Position numbers and translations under genes: made by a program
Assembly: GCA_043228905.1 (NCBI GenBank)
Contig: JBHGNT010000001.1
Span: 8,184,001 to 8,248,000 of the forward strand
From: Azolla caroliniana
Lineage: Eukaryota > Plantae > Polypodiophyta
Direction: 5' to 3'
DNA: 64,000 nt
Part shown: in pieces, positions 25,896-39,243 of the stretch
Layout: each line of letters begins with the position of its first letter
Position numbering within the stretch: the stretch's first letter is position 1
The notes under the pieces: model-generated
What the model was told of the DNA's origin: nothing
Database searches by the model: none
The model's input: the letters and a program-made list of their open reading frames with translations, nothing else

Positions 25896-26154
25896 GACTG
25901 GTGGTTATCCATATTAAACAAAAACGAAACCTCAAAGTTTGTTAAAGATCCAAGATAATGACCTCAATGTATGTGGCATGTCAATTAGTAAGGATTCTTT
26001 AGATGGTTCTACAAGCATCAAAGTGACTGGTGGTTATCCATATTAAACAAAAACGAAACCTCAAAGTTTGTTAAAGATCCAAGATAATGACCTCAATGTA
26101 TGTGGCATGTCAATTAGTAAGGATTCTTTAGATGGTTCTACAAGCATCAAAGTG
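25894..26154. repeat. Apparently perfect 129-bp tandem duplication
   Basis: gtgactggtggttatccatatt...ctacaagcatcaaa starts at 25894 and again at 26023; I saw no mismatch. Confidence 0.92.
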
Positions 26155-29100
26155 CAAATGTAATGTGTACGAGATGGTGGTGAGAAAGTGATGCAATGCG
26201 ATGATGAAGAAGTACACGAATTGCATCTGGCTATCGTCGGACATGTCGAAACGAATGTGGGTGACCGATGATCTCCACGATGTGGTACATATTTGGTACG
26301 GCCTAGATGATGTGATGCGATCGATGTGTCTTGAATGCTACCATTCATGCATGGTCTTTGAGTTCACGAGTCTTTTGTTTGCGCTCGCTCAACACATTCA
26401 TTCAATGGGAGAGAGCGAGTGACATGCCGACTTGGGTCTCTACTCTACTCTCAATTGAGAATTCCCTTTCTTCTTTAGTTTCTTTGATGGCCAATGGCCC
26501 ACATGGGAAGTGAGTGAGAGTGAATGGAGGAAGCTTTTTTTAAGTTCTCTTTCCTTCTGGTTTTAGCCTTCTTCAATACTTTCCTGACCAATTTGCAGCG
26601 TCTCCTCTGGTCAGAAGACCCTCCTCTCATTTCCCCTGCTCAACAGGCACAGCAACAGAGTGGTCCTGCTCCGTCCGTATTCTCACCTCCCTGGATAACA
26701 GCAGGCATGGTTCTCTTATGTCTCTCTTACTTTCCATACGGACTTGCCATTGAAATTGAGACAAGGAGAACGCTTTGTGTAGCCGTCGATCACTGGGAAG
26801 GCCTTAGGATTTCCACCCTATTTTCTCGCCTTTATAGAATTCTGATTTGTGCCTCCGCAGAAACCATAATTTCTAATATATGTGAAAACCCTTATTTTTG
26901 CATAAACCCTATTTGATCTCAAATAGGCGATTAACGAGAGGGATTGATCGTAATTTTTTCCTGCCATTTCATCATGTATGACCTCTCAGAAGCACGAATT
27001 GGTTTGGCTTCTGTATGCCATGGAAACTTTAGCATTACATATGTAGGCTTGTGATCTGAATTAGGTGCATCATTCCAAATTTCAAATTTTGTATCATATC
27101 TAAGGCAACATGTTTGACTAGTATTCTAGCACCCTAGCTTGCTGTATGGCATATCAATTTTCTTAGGGAAAGTTTATATGCATAGAGTTCATCATACTTA
27201 TCATGCCTCATTCGTGTGTAGTTGTAAGACAATCTCATGAGCACTGGTTCTGTTTGGAATCTGTTTCTATGCATGCAAGAAATCCATTATTTCTTCCTGC
27301 ATATGTGCCATCCTTGCAGTAGTATCTGCAATGGCCAATTCTTTCTCTTCATTAACAAATTTAGCAATATCTAAACATAGCACTGCAAAAAGATTGGGCT
27401 TGTCTATCTAACAAAAAAAGTGATACCACGATGAACCCATATGTGTATTGTGGCAGCAGCCTGCTTGGTATGTTGGTGCCTCTGCTGTATGAATTTTATT
27501 CTCGTGTATTTTTTACGTATGCCTCTTGTGCAAATAGTGATTATGTCTTGTAATTTTGTTTTGCATATAATTGCTATCCCCTCTGGCCTCTCATTTTCAT
27601 GCTTAGCGTCCAGATAAATTGGGCCACATGTTTGGGAACCAATGTATGAGGGGCAACATGCATTGTGCTTTTTGGCTTTCTCCTTTATTCCATGGGAAGT
27701 CCCTACCGTTCCAAATTTGTAACTCAAATAGACTTGGTCATATAGTTGTTGCCTATCCCTATGCTTGGCTTGCTCTTCAATGCTTCATAAGCTTACCGTT
27801 TTCTGCTTGTTGTGCAGGAATTCTATCCTCGGTGATTAATTACTTTGTATCTTGGAGGTTGACCCGAGTATTGCCTAATATCATGGTGCGTTGTTCGTCA
27901 TTGATATATGTGCATACAATGACTCAGTTAAAATTTGTTGATGATTCCTGGCATCCGAAATTTCTCCCCAAGAAACTCAGATATTTTACTATTTACAGAG
28001 AAAAGTTGTCTTTTGAACATTTGTTGTTGCGCGCTATCCTGTCTTTGGAGTTTGTTGCCATGAAGAGAGAGGTTAGGATAGTACAGATTGGCCTTGCTGA
28101 TTTTTAGTGTTAATGGGGTTTGTTTATGGGTTTCTTGAGCCTTTAATTTTGGGCTTTCTATTGGTCTCTGTTGTCTATTGTTTTCAGTGATCTGACAAAA
28201 TTGTGATAATAATTAGTGTCTTGTGTGTTTTGTGAGGTTATTGGGGAGACAAATAAAATGAAATGCTATATTAGTGTCTTGAGAACAACAAGGCTGAGGA
28301 ATCCCATTATCCATACATTTAAGTTTCTCAAGTCAGATACCGAAGAGATATGATAGGCCAACAAGTGTGAGGAAGAACAAGTCAAGTCTACCCTCGTGAA
28401 CCTCCAAAAACAAGTCAGATTTATTGTGACCACCATAAGACAGAAAGATATGCTCCTCTCCATGCTCCCGACTCAACCCACCTCTGTCATTCCGTGTCTG
28501 CTCACTTTGGCACTCCATGCCAACGCTCTAACAGTTTACGTTGATACTTTCTTGTGCTGGGGAAGTTCAACAGGCTTGGGCTTTGGCATCTTTTGCTACC
28601 TCTCCCATGTTTGCATTTCCTTCTCTACATTGTCTTTTATTGTAGAGATGCATGTTTAAAATGGACCTTAACCTTGCTAGATCTACTTTATGGCCGGGTT
28701 CATTTATAATAGTTCGATGTTATTTCAGCCTCTAAGTACTTTCCCATTGCCTTACGATGTTTGCAATGCCTTTTTGTAGGAATTCTAGTAGTTTTGTCTT
28801 CAACATAATTTTATTTTCATCTTTTCTATCACCCATTGCATTTTACGTTGCATTTACTCTTTTAAGGGCATTTCTATATTATGTCTCATGTGATTAACCT
28901 CATTGTTAATCAGTTGGCATAAGACACCATCTTCGCCCTCACCTCCGTCTAACAAGACTTGCATTTTGGGTATTTTATTTGCCCCTCAAGCACTACTTGG
29001 TTTAGCTCCCTCCCTCCCTTCACTTCTTTGATATCTTTTTGGTGTTTTCCATAAGTCTGTCCCATTTTCGTGAGTATGCTCAGGTTCATTAACTCTATGG

Positions 29101-29358
29101 TATTTAAACATATATGGTGTCTAAGAGGCGGGTCTTCGTGTTGAGTGTCAGGTCGGTGCATGTAGCAATTGATGGTAGTTACCAGTGTGTGAGGAAGGAT
29201 CTTTTTGCTTCATTGTGAGATGCTCCAGCATTGTTTGTCTTAATCTTGTACATGCTGTACGGTCATACACACCTTATTGGCTGTTTTTTCTCTTCAAAGA
29301 CAAAACGTGCAAGCAGCACTAGTACTCTGGACCTGGTTTCTTGAGTAGAGAGTTTCTT

Positions 29359-32300
29359 GAGTACACCTTATATAAAGAGGAGACACTCTTAGAGATGGGG
29401 TTTTTTAGAGAGCCAAGTCGTGCATTATCTAAAATCTTGTGGTAATAGTGAAAATGGTGTTCTCTATGTAAGAACTGTTAGAAGATGCATATTAGATGCT
29501 CTTTTCCATTGGAACAGGAAAGGAAAGTTCAATTTTCGAGCTTTCAGATTTTATTCAAGCATCTGAAAATGATATTGTGATGGAAGATCTTTGTAGAAAG
29601 AAGAGTACAGAAAGTGGAGAGGGACAGTCTAATGTAAGTTGGCATTTTCTTTTTATTGCAAGTATGCTAAAGATGAAGGGGAATCTGTTTTGTTGAGAAG
29701 ACTCAGCACTGTAGAACTTCTATTCATTTTCAGCTCTGATCAATATCCTTTCTTCATGAAATACAGGTATCTCAGGGTGATGAAGAGAACAATGCAAAGA
29801 AGGCTCTTCTTGAAATGGGCTTTCTAGAACACCAAGTGGTTCAAGCTCTAGAAGCTTGTGGTAATACTAAAAGTGATGCGTTGTATTTGTCATTTGTTTT
29901 TTATTATATATACTATAAGACTTGTCTTTTTTTGCAGGAAAGGAAAGCTCTATATTTGAACTTTCAGATTTCATTCAAGCACATGAAATTGATCTTGAGG
30001 GGGAAATTTTGGGTAAAGAACACCTTTCAGAATCTGTAGAGATAAATTCAGATGTAAGTTCTGTTCTTTAAAAGGTTACATTGGAAGTTTTGCTTTGTTA
30101 TTTGCATTGCTGGATTAACATAAACAGTTGTTTTAGTCAGTTTTAATAGGCTATTATGGTCTTTTAGAGATGTTAATATATTTTTCTTCTCAAAAGTTCT
30201 TGATCTATGATATTGTTGTTGAAAATAGGAAATATGATTTAGGGTGCCATTTTAGAAAAGATCATGCTTTGCTAAATTTAACAGAGAATTTGAATGTGGC
30301 AAGTCTGACATTGTAGGCGTTTTTTTTTATGGGGACATAATTATTAACATTAACTTATCAAACTTTTCAGTGTGGAGGAGAAATAGACGTGAAAGTGGCT
30401 CTTTTGGAGATGGGTTTCCCAGAGATCCAAGTCATGCATGCAATTGAAGCTTGTGGTAAATTTTAATATTACAATTGATGTTGTTTGTAAATACATATTA
30501 TATAAGTGCGGTTCCATTTATGCAGGAAAAGAAAGCTCAGTTTTTGAGCTTTCTGATTTTATTCAGGCACATGAAAATGATCTTGTCAGAGAAAACAATG
30601 CAGGTGGTTCTAAGGTAATTAAGTTTAATCTTTGTTTGAGTATGGAAATTTTCTTAGGTTAATATTTATTCTTAAAATTGTCTCCCTTTTGTTGAGAAAA
30701 CTTCTAGGTAATGTTTTATATTTGTTTTCTCATCCATCAATTAGGTGCATGTATGATTACGGTTCTAGCCTAAACTAAATCCTGAGAAAAAGATGTGGCG
30801 GGCTATGTATCATATATAGTGTCATTGGATGTGATATTGGATAGTGTAAATGTTCTTGCAAGCATACTATTGTAGGCAATGGTACACATATAAAGGTTGG
30901 TATCTTCTTTGGCTCATTTAATAAGCCCTACTGTCTAGCCTTTAGATTATTTGAAGCAGAGGCTCTTCAGTTTGTTGATGCTTTACAATTTTAAACAAAC
31001 TCAGAAGACATCACATTTTGGATTGTTGAGATATGCACCATTGTCTCTGATAGACACATAGTGACATCTTTTCTTGTAAATGAACATGCACTACATCACA
31101 AGAAGTGTGGAGTGATGTCTTGCACCTGTATGCTATATATCGTTATTTCTTCCTCTATGGTAGCTCCATTTCTGTTGAGTTACAGCGATTGTAAATGTGT
31201 GCCATATCCAATTGTACGTCTGAGAGTCAGGACCCTACGAAAATTGCTGTATTGGAATGTAGGAATTTTTTTATTTTTTTCTCTGTTATTTGAACATTTT
31301 CAGATATAATTGCTTAGGTTGTAGCAGGTTGTTTTATCTCTTGTAGATGTTGAAATTTAAATATCTTCTCTTTTAGTCAATCTCCATCATTGTAGTTAAG
31401 ATATAATTAAAGTATCTATTACTATTGTGAATGCTGAACTATCTATACTGGTCTAATGGATTTATTTGTATCCTTGGGAATTGTGTAATGAGGGAGAATA
31501 TACAAATTGATATGTTTTAACGTGCAACTCTTTCCTTCATGCTGCCAGGAACTCAACTTTGACGACCTCTATTCTGCATATCGGAATGCTGATTCATGGA
31601 AAAATATAGAAGAAAAATATAGTGCCAAAAATATAGCTGAAAGCTGTGAAAGCATCTCGCCTATCTTTATAGAGAATCAAGTTTTACATCTTCGTGGTAC
31701 ACAAATGGGGTTTTTACATAAAGACTTGCAATGTTTTATAGACATTTTCTCATGCCAATATTCTATTTGATTTAGGAAAACAAAGTGTGATGAATGACCA
31801 GGATGTAGAACATGTTGGTCAAACTCATACAAAACAATGTGCACGTGTTGAAGAGTGCAGCCCTGATGTAAGATAAAACTCTTAAGAAAAACTTCAGGGA
31901 ATGATCCTCTTCCTTGTAACCTTCTTTTTGCCAAAACAGTCTACACTACTGGAAAAAGATCATATATAGCATCCATAGGTCATAGAAAATGCACCTAACA
32001 CTGGTATGTCACTGATAACTACATAACTAGCATGTTCATCATGCCTATAAATGAAAGAAAAAATATGTTTGTTCCTAGACTCTCAAGGAATGTCATCGCT
32101 GCTTTACTCACAGGTAGCAATTGATTCTCCTCCCATTGTAAGGGAAGAGAATGAGACAGCGGGGAGGAAGTGAAAAACGAATTTGTTTTTGCCTTCGTTC
32201 ATTGTAGATTTTACTGATGTGTAATGTAATAGGGAACCGGTATTTATGTAAAATATAAGAAACCTAAGACATGTGAATGTGAAGTCCGTACAGCTGATAA

Positions 32301-34135
32301 GTTGAATGAGTGTGAATATGCAGGAGGCGCAGGTGGTAAGGGATCTGCTAGAAATGGGATTCTCAAAGATACAAGTGTACTCTGCCATTGAAAAATGTGG
32401 TAAATATGAATGTTTTACACCATGAAATATGTAGTGGAATCTTAAATATGCCTCAGACTTAGGACACATGGCAATTGTGATAGGTTATTGTTATTTTTTC
32501 TTTTTAAGATATGTGGAATCATATGTATATTTCTTCATGGGTGTAGGAAAGGGAAGTTCGATATTTGAGTTAACAGATTTTATTCACGCACAGCTTATTG
32601 CTGATGAAGAAGAAGGTCATGATAATGCATGTATTACACATAGCAGCTCTAATGTAAGATATTATTTACCTAAGAAAATTATATATATTATCTTAAATTT
32701 AGTCCAGAATGTGGATTAAAAGACATCCAATTAAAAGTGAATGGGTCACTGCTTCATGCCGGATTCTACATTGGATTCATTTTTTTCAAACTTTTTGATG
32801 CCCAATAGGTTTGCACTCACTTTTTAAGGCTTCATAAACATCATTTGCTTTCATGCATGTTATTTATAGGAAATAAGAACAAGAGTGTCAAGATCTGGAA
32901 ATTCTCCCCTGTCATGGGTAGACAAAGCTGGTGATGTGAAACTGGAGAAAATTTGGGATGAATGGGAAGAATCTGATACTCTCGATGAAGCAACTGAACA
33001 CTCCATGCTATCAACACCAAGATCAAGAAAAGATAAGTCAAAGGCAAGATTGACAAACAGCGAAAGGAGAGGATCTTGTGTAAGGAAAATTCAATGCATG
33101 GTTCCTTCAAGGATTGGTTTTGGTAGTATGAACGGTTTTGGCGTTCCCGGTAATTTTCTGCCTTCCCAAGTCAGAAGGTTAGACATACAGATGGTTAGAG
33201 CACCGTTCTTCTATTTTGAGAACGTAGTTTCATCTAGATCAGCCTGGAGTACTATTCAACGCCATTTCCATGGAATTGATCCGGAATTTGTGGATTCCAA
33301 ATACTTCTCATGTGCAAAAAGAGAACGTGGTTATGTCCATAACCTGCCTATTGAAGGAAGAGAAATCATCATTCCAGAACCACCCCTTACTATCAAGGAT
33401 GCTTTCCCTGACAAAAGCCCATATTGGCCTCTGTGGGACACCAGGAAAAAGCTAGAATGTATTACCAAAAAGCGAGTCCCGGAGAAGAAATGCCGTGAGA
33501 TAAGAGAGAAGATTGAACGATATAGAGGAATGGAAATCCCCTTGTTAGAGCAACAAGAGATTATAAGCACATGCAAAGAGTATAACTTAATTTGGGTGGC
33601 CCCAGGGGAGGTGGCTAATTTGGAACCCAATGAGATGGAAATGGCTTTGGGCTTCGATCATGACCATACTCGAGGCTCATTTACAATGAAAGAAAGGTTA
33701 GAATCATTAGAGAATGCATTCCAAGTAAATACAATAGCATATCATTTGTCTCCTCTAAAGAGAATGTTTCCAACTGGGATACGAGTTCTTAGCCTTTTTG
33801 CTGGGGTGGGAGGAGCTGAGGTGGCTCTACATAAAATTGGCATCTCTCTCCGACATGTGGTATGTGTTGAGATCAAAGAGAAATGCCGAAATGTGGTCGA
33901 GATATGGTGGAAGAAAACCAATCAGAGTGGGAATATTATCTTCAAGAACGATGTGCAAGACCTTACTTATGATGCTTTATCGAGCATCTTTGAGGAAATA
34001 GGTGGGTTTGACCTAGTTATTGGAGGTAGCCCATGCTCTGATCCATCAGGTGAGCAGAGAGAGGAGGATTGCCGCCTATTTTATGAATTTCCACGTATTT
34101 TCAATATCGTGAAGCAATTAACAAGCAAAGGGTAA
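29359..34135 (+). CDS. DRM: DRM-type (domains-rearranged) cytosine-5 DNA methyltransferase with 4 UBA-like repeats; exons ~29359-29441 (frameshifted), 29518-29633, 29767-29860, 29938-30053, 30371-30455, 30526-30614, 31549-31680, 32114-32137, 32324-32399, 32547-32653, 32870-34135; true start uncertain (possible ATG|gt at 27883, or ATG at 29580)
   Basis: The last exon has the permuted motif order VI (FFYFENV), VIII (PEFVDSKYF..RERGYVHNLP), X (SLENAFQVNTIAYHLS), I (VLSLFAGVGGAEVAL), II (VVCVEI), III (DVQDL), IV (LVIGGSPC). Upstream exons repeat LLEMGF...CG|KESSIFELSDFI, a UBA-like module. Confidence 0.9.
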
Positions 34136-35302
34136 TGAACTAATGAAAATATTGAAACAATTAAAGGTTACACACTAAATGCTGGAAGAGAGTTTATGTC
34201 AACGATGTGACAAAAGGGAAGATACTTAGTTGTAAACATAAAAGGTGGAGAAGCTTAACAACTTGATAAAGATTGTATTCTCGGCATGATGTATATTTTA
34301 TCCTTGATTAATCATGTTAGATTGGAAAGCTAAAGAGTTGTGATTTTCATTGTTGATTTATCTTCTCTTTTTAAAGGTTTGCATTCTCGTTTGGAAGGTG
34401 TAAATTTGTTTTAAGTTTTGAGCAAAACAATACGTATTGTATAATTTTGTTGAGACTGGTTCTTTTAGCAAACCACTTGGAAGCATACAGTGTAGTGTGC
34501 CTTTGCATTCATACATAAATAATCAGCTAATATGAGATGCTCTTAAAGCTTGCTCGGTTTTGAGTACACTTTTTTTGTGTTTGGTCTGTTTTCCTTCATT
34601 CGTGGGTGTCTTTTCTTCTTTGCATTTTGTGTTCTTATGTATAACCATCAACAGTTATTCTAACCCTAAACTCATAGAAGACTGGAATATCACCAATTTA
34701 TTATTGAATGAAGTGGTATGTTGAGTTTTGAATCAAGAACTGCCAATAATTCAAAATGCATATGGCACCGACGAGTTTGTCAATTTTTGCCATGTTCTCG
34801 AGTAAGTTTTAATCTAATTTTAGTAGAACTCCATTTTACCTATCTTGATGTTCCCAAATGTGCATTTGATTATTTTCACCAAAGAAAATCAACTGAAAAA
34901 ATAGACAACTTTAGATATATGAAAATGCTCTAATCCTCTACCAACATGATACAAGGCAAGCGATATGAAGGTTTTGTCTTTTACTGCATTTGCATTGTGG
35001 AGATATGTGAAGGGTACTCGTTGAGCATTGCACTATTATGACCATGAGAATCGAAGGTAGAATCCCTGCGCTTGTATCGACCTCCTGGCACTCGGATTTT
35101 GCCCAAAGCCACAGCCACCACCATAAATGGTGAGGGGGGGAGCAAGAGAAAGCAGAATCCTCCATTGAAGAAATAACACACTCGGGATTTGTCCGGCCGG
35201 ACAAAGTGTGAACACGACGCCGCCAGGACCAGGAGACAACAACCCAAAACAAAATTGAACTGCGCGGGAAAAACAGCAAAATCAGAGTTTCAAAGACGAC
35301 AG

Positions 35303-37466
35303 ATGGCCGCGGCGGCGGAGAATCAGACAGTAGAAGACGGCGATGGCATTATCAGAGTCCGCAGCGATGGTGGCGTCTTTGACAGGCTCTCAGTCTTGAA
35401 AGATATTCTCGGATACTTCCTCTTCTCCTACAACCAGATTCCTCTGTAAGAAGTGCCTCTTGTGGATTTACCTTCATTGCTTCTTCCATCGTTTTCCCGC
35501 TCTCACGTTCTCTGCGCATCTATCTAATTTTAGTTTGGATTCTTTCATTATTAATTTTCGATGCTTTATTTTGTGTTGCCTTCTCCCATTACCTCTGAAA
35601 ATACTTCATCTCTCAAGGAAAATCTTTCATCTTCTGATGAGATACATTATTTTGACCGGAAAAATCTTTCATTTTCAGGCCTATAGATGAGTTGGAGCTC
35701 GTTACTGCTGAGAAAATAGTAAGGATCTGTTTGAATAAGCCCTAGGATCTGTGTATGTGTATATATGCATGCGTATGTTTGTGTCATTTATATGTATTCG
35801 GTTTCACGAGGCTTTCTTTCATTCTCAACACAAGGATTCTGATGGTGGTGAGGAGTTTGTCTCAAACCCCAGAGAGCTGAGAGAAAGGAAGAGAAAATCT
35901 CGAGAAATGGCAAGAGAGATGAAAAATCTCAAGAAGCTGAACGAGTCAGTCAAGATGATCCTTACGAGTCTTCAATCTGCCTTGGAGATGCTTGAACACA
36001 TCCCATATGTGCTTCTCATCCTTGGATCATCTTCGAAACAACCGTCAGCTGCATTTGAAGTTCAATTCCAAGGGACTTTTGCTCGGGTTGATCATCATGA
36101 AAGATGTTTCTTAAAATCAGAAAGCTATACAAAGAGTTTTTCCAGAAAGGTTGTTTATATTTTATACTTCTTTAGCAGTGGATGATGTTGGTATAATCTG
36201 AAGAGATTGAACTTGTATCCTGATGCATTTCAGATCATTCGAGAGTTGATATCGCATGAAACAGCTCCTTTCTTTACAGGTGAGATTTCTCGTTTCTTGT
36301 TTTTGTCTTAAATTGCAATAATGGATTGGTTAGTATTGCAGATGCAAAGAATATATGCACTTAATCAGATGTTTGACATGGAAATATAATATTATACATA
36401 CACATCTAAACATTCCCTATGAGAGGTATATAGACACACATAGAATGACACATAATAAGGCACACTTTTTTGAATATACATTTGTAGTGTTTTCTCTTCA
36501 TTAAGTCACCTCCATTTCTAGCAATTTGAGTACATATATGTGTGCATTGATATATGCTAATATGTTCCCTTGATTTGCAATGAATTTTGCGAAAGTCATG
36601 TCAAGGCATATTGTGTGGTACTTGAATGATTGGTTCTTGCCTATGTTAATATAGGCATGCGAAAGCTTTTTGTGTTTGTCAAAACTGAAGCAAATAGTTG
36701 TGTGCCTGAAGACTTTATACCAAAACGTGGCTACAGTCTGCCGGTGAAAAAGGTAAGCTCATTTCCCTCAGGAATTTTTATCTTATTGCAAATTCTAGCT
36801 ATATAAGAAAATAATTTCCATTTTGAAATAAAGCTAGTCATTAATGCTGATCTACAAGATATATTATATGTTTGCCATTATATGTTTGCACACATCCTTA
36901 GTGAGGAGTCATAACTCCTGTTGAGATTAAGATGTGTCCTCTGTGTTACCTGCCGTGTGGCAACAGATTAATTTTTCGTTTATTACTCTTGGAAGATGTT
37001 TATCGTGTATAATTGGGTTAGTTTTTTTATTCATGAGTATAATCCAATTTTCTTTTTCTTTAAGTTATGGATAAAATGGTGATTATTTTTTGTAAATGGG
37101 TAAAATCTGTCTTCTGAGAAGAGGTTCCGATTTTGAAAACCTTTTTTTCTATATCTCTATATATAAAATGATTATTTTTTTGTTATCCAGATGCAACCAA
37201 CTATCATTCAACTTACATTATCCTGTGAGTGTATACATAGAGAGAATGAACTTCCCTGTGGTGATAACTCAAGAGCTAGAGAAGGCACATCAAGTGCTAA
37301 TGATATAATATGGTTCTACTCACATTCCTATTCAAACTTAGAGGAATCCAATTTGTTCACTAAACATGTATCTTTTTTGCTTACTAATCATTATCTATAA
37401 CTTGGATTGCTCAGGTTCCAGTGTAAGAAAACTGTTCGGGGCATCCCTTGTCGTGCTGTCATGTGA
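35303..37466 (+). CDS. COMET: p31comet / MAD2L1-binding HORMA-like protein, ~271 aa; exons 35303-35445, 35679-35718, 35835-36149, 36234-36279, 36655-36752, 37191-37312, 37415-37466
   Basis: DILGYFLFSYNQIP, VLLILGSSSKQP, SRKIIRELIS, KLFVFVK..FIPKRGY and IIWFQCKKTVRG match the plant p31comet pattern as recalled. Phases join (816 nt). Confidence 0.85.
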
Positions 37467-38596
37467 AATGCAAGGTGTGTGCATCAATGTAAAGTATCCC
37501 ACTGTACATACACTAAGATGCATCGCTTTTTGTGCATTCAAGTAAATGCAAGATGTGCATTATTGTAAAGTATCCTACTGCACAGAGACAAGATGTTTCC
37601 TTTATGCTTTCGTGTAAAATGCAATATGTGCATTGTTGTGAAGTATCCCATTTATAGAATATATACCAAAAGTTGCTCACGAAAGTTGCAAGGTAGAAGC
37701 AGCAAAATGTAGATACATGCAATGTAAAAATCATAATATGAAGTGAGCTTTGTACTCTAGATAAACCATGTTTCACTCTGCATTGCCTAGATAAATTCCA
37801 TGTGTTGTAATTTTGTAAGCTGATTAATTGGAGCAAACTGATAGTGAGCATGATCTCAAACTAAAATTATGATGAGATTCTCTAATAGGCTTAATGTTTT
37901 TGCTTATGTTGGTTTGATTTCATTGCTTGTAATGTTTATGGCTTTTGAGTTACTGGCTTTTGAGTTACTATAATGGAATGGATTTTGTATGATTTCCAAG
38001 AATAAAAGTGGGTTTGGTAAACCATGAGGTTCAGATCATAACTTTCAGATAGACAAACGTCAATTTAAGAGCTTTGCAGTACTATCGTGTACTCATAATG
38101 CCATCTACAATTGGTTTGATTTATATTGATTTTGTACGATTTTGAAATACCCTGATAACATTTGCAACATTGGGTTCCCAATGGCAGTGTGCAATGAAAG
38201 CTTCCTGATTGAAGAGATAGATATATTCTATGTATTTCAGACTATTAGGATGCAACAATGTTCTTTGAGAATCTCCTCAAGTCCATGATGTTTCCTGATC
38301 CTGACACAAGAACAATGAAGATATGCATTACATCTACACACTCAAGTATGAATGCATCATATTAAAAGATGTAAATTGAATGGCACACTTGATTTAAATT
38401 ATGTTAGAAGTACAAATGCCACCATTTTCCATTCATCTTCCCATTTGCCAAGTAGTTTGGCCCACTTTTACAATGGCATGTATGTGTTTTGTGGTTAATA
38501 GCCCTCAAACCATTATGTGCCTTAATTTGTTCATTAATTGCTTGTTATTGATAATCAATTCTTAATAAACCCTTCTCCTTGTTGGTTCTCATTATA

Positions 38597-38808
38597 GTGT
38601 TCTTATTGCCCATTCCATTGGTGTTGATTTTTAAGAGTGACCATTACGGTTTTGAGGTTGTGTCATGTTAGCTACAATTGGGAGCTTTGGCAAAGACTGT
38701 TATTACAATGTTCTTATTGCTCATTCCATCAATGTTGATTTTTGTGAGTGACCATTATGGTTTTGCTAGGTCTTGTCATGTTACCTACAATTGGGAGCTT
38801 TGGCAAAT
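38597..38808. repeat. ~110-bp tandem duplication upstream of the HNH gene
   Basis: tgttcttattgc(c/t)cattccat...gagtgaccatta(c/t)ggttttg...ctacaattgggagctttggcaaa occurs twice. Confidence 0.75.
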
Positions 38809-39243
38809 AAAATGTAAATGGAAAACCTTTTCACTCCCCCTCCCCACATAAGTGACACGTACGCTTTGATGGCTAGAGTACGGTCTTAATGATCGATCAT
38901 ATGGACGGAGGTGGGTTGATCCACCACACCAAGGCCTTAGGATCGGTGTGCATAGAAATCCCATCCATTTGTATTGGCAGGTAAAAGTCCACAGCCCATC
39001 AACAAGTTTTAAACTGCCACGTGAATAGAGTAGTACATATAAGTTACTGGTCGGGTTCTAGTGGGCCTTGTGACCAAACAATATGCTTTACAATCTCTCT
39101 CTCTCTCTGTCATTCGTACTACTAGTCTTATGTCTTGGGTTCGAGATCATATTTTGTGACCTCTCTATTACTATGTAAATCCTCTTAATTTCTCTCTCTC
39201 GCTCTTTCTCTTTTCGCTCTACACTTTACTTGTGTGAAGAGAG

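Noticed and set aside
26524-26916. 130-aa ORF upstream of DRM
   Set aside because: No recognisable domain; it looks like 5'UTR exon plus intron of the DRM locus. An uORF is not excluded.
27404-28659. Overlapping 60-160 aa ORFs on both strands
   Set aside because: Low-complexity intron-like composition with no motifs; probably DRM leader intron with a repeat remnant.
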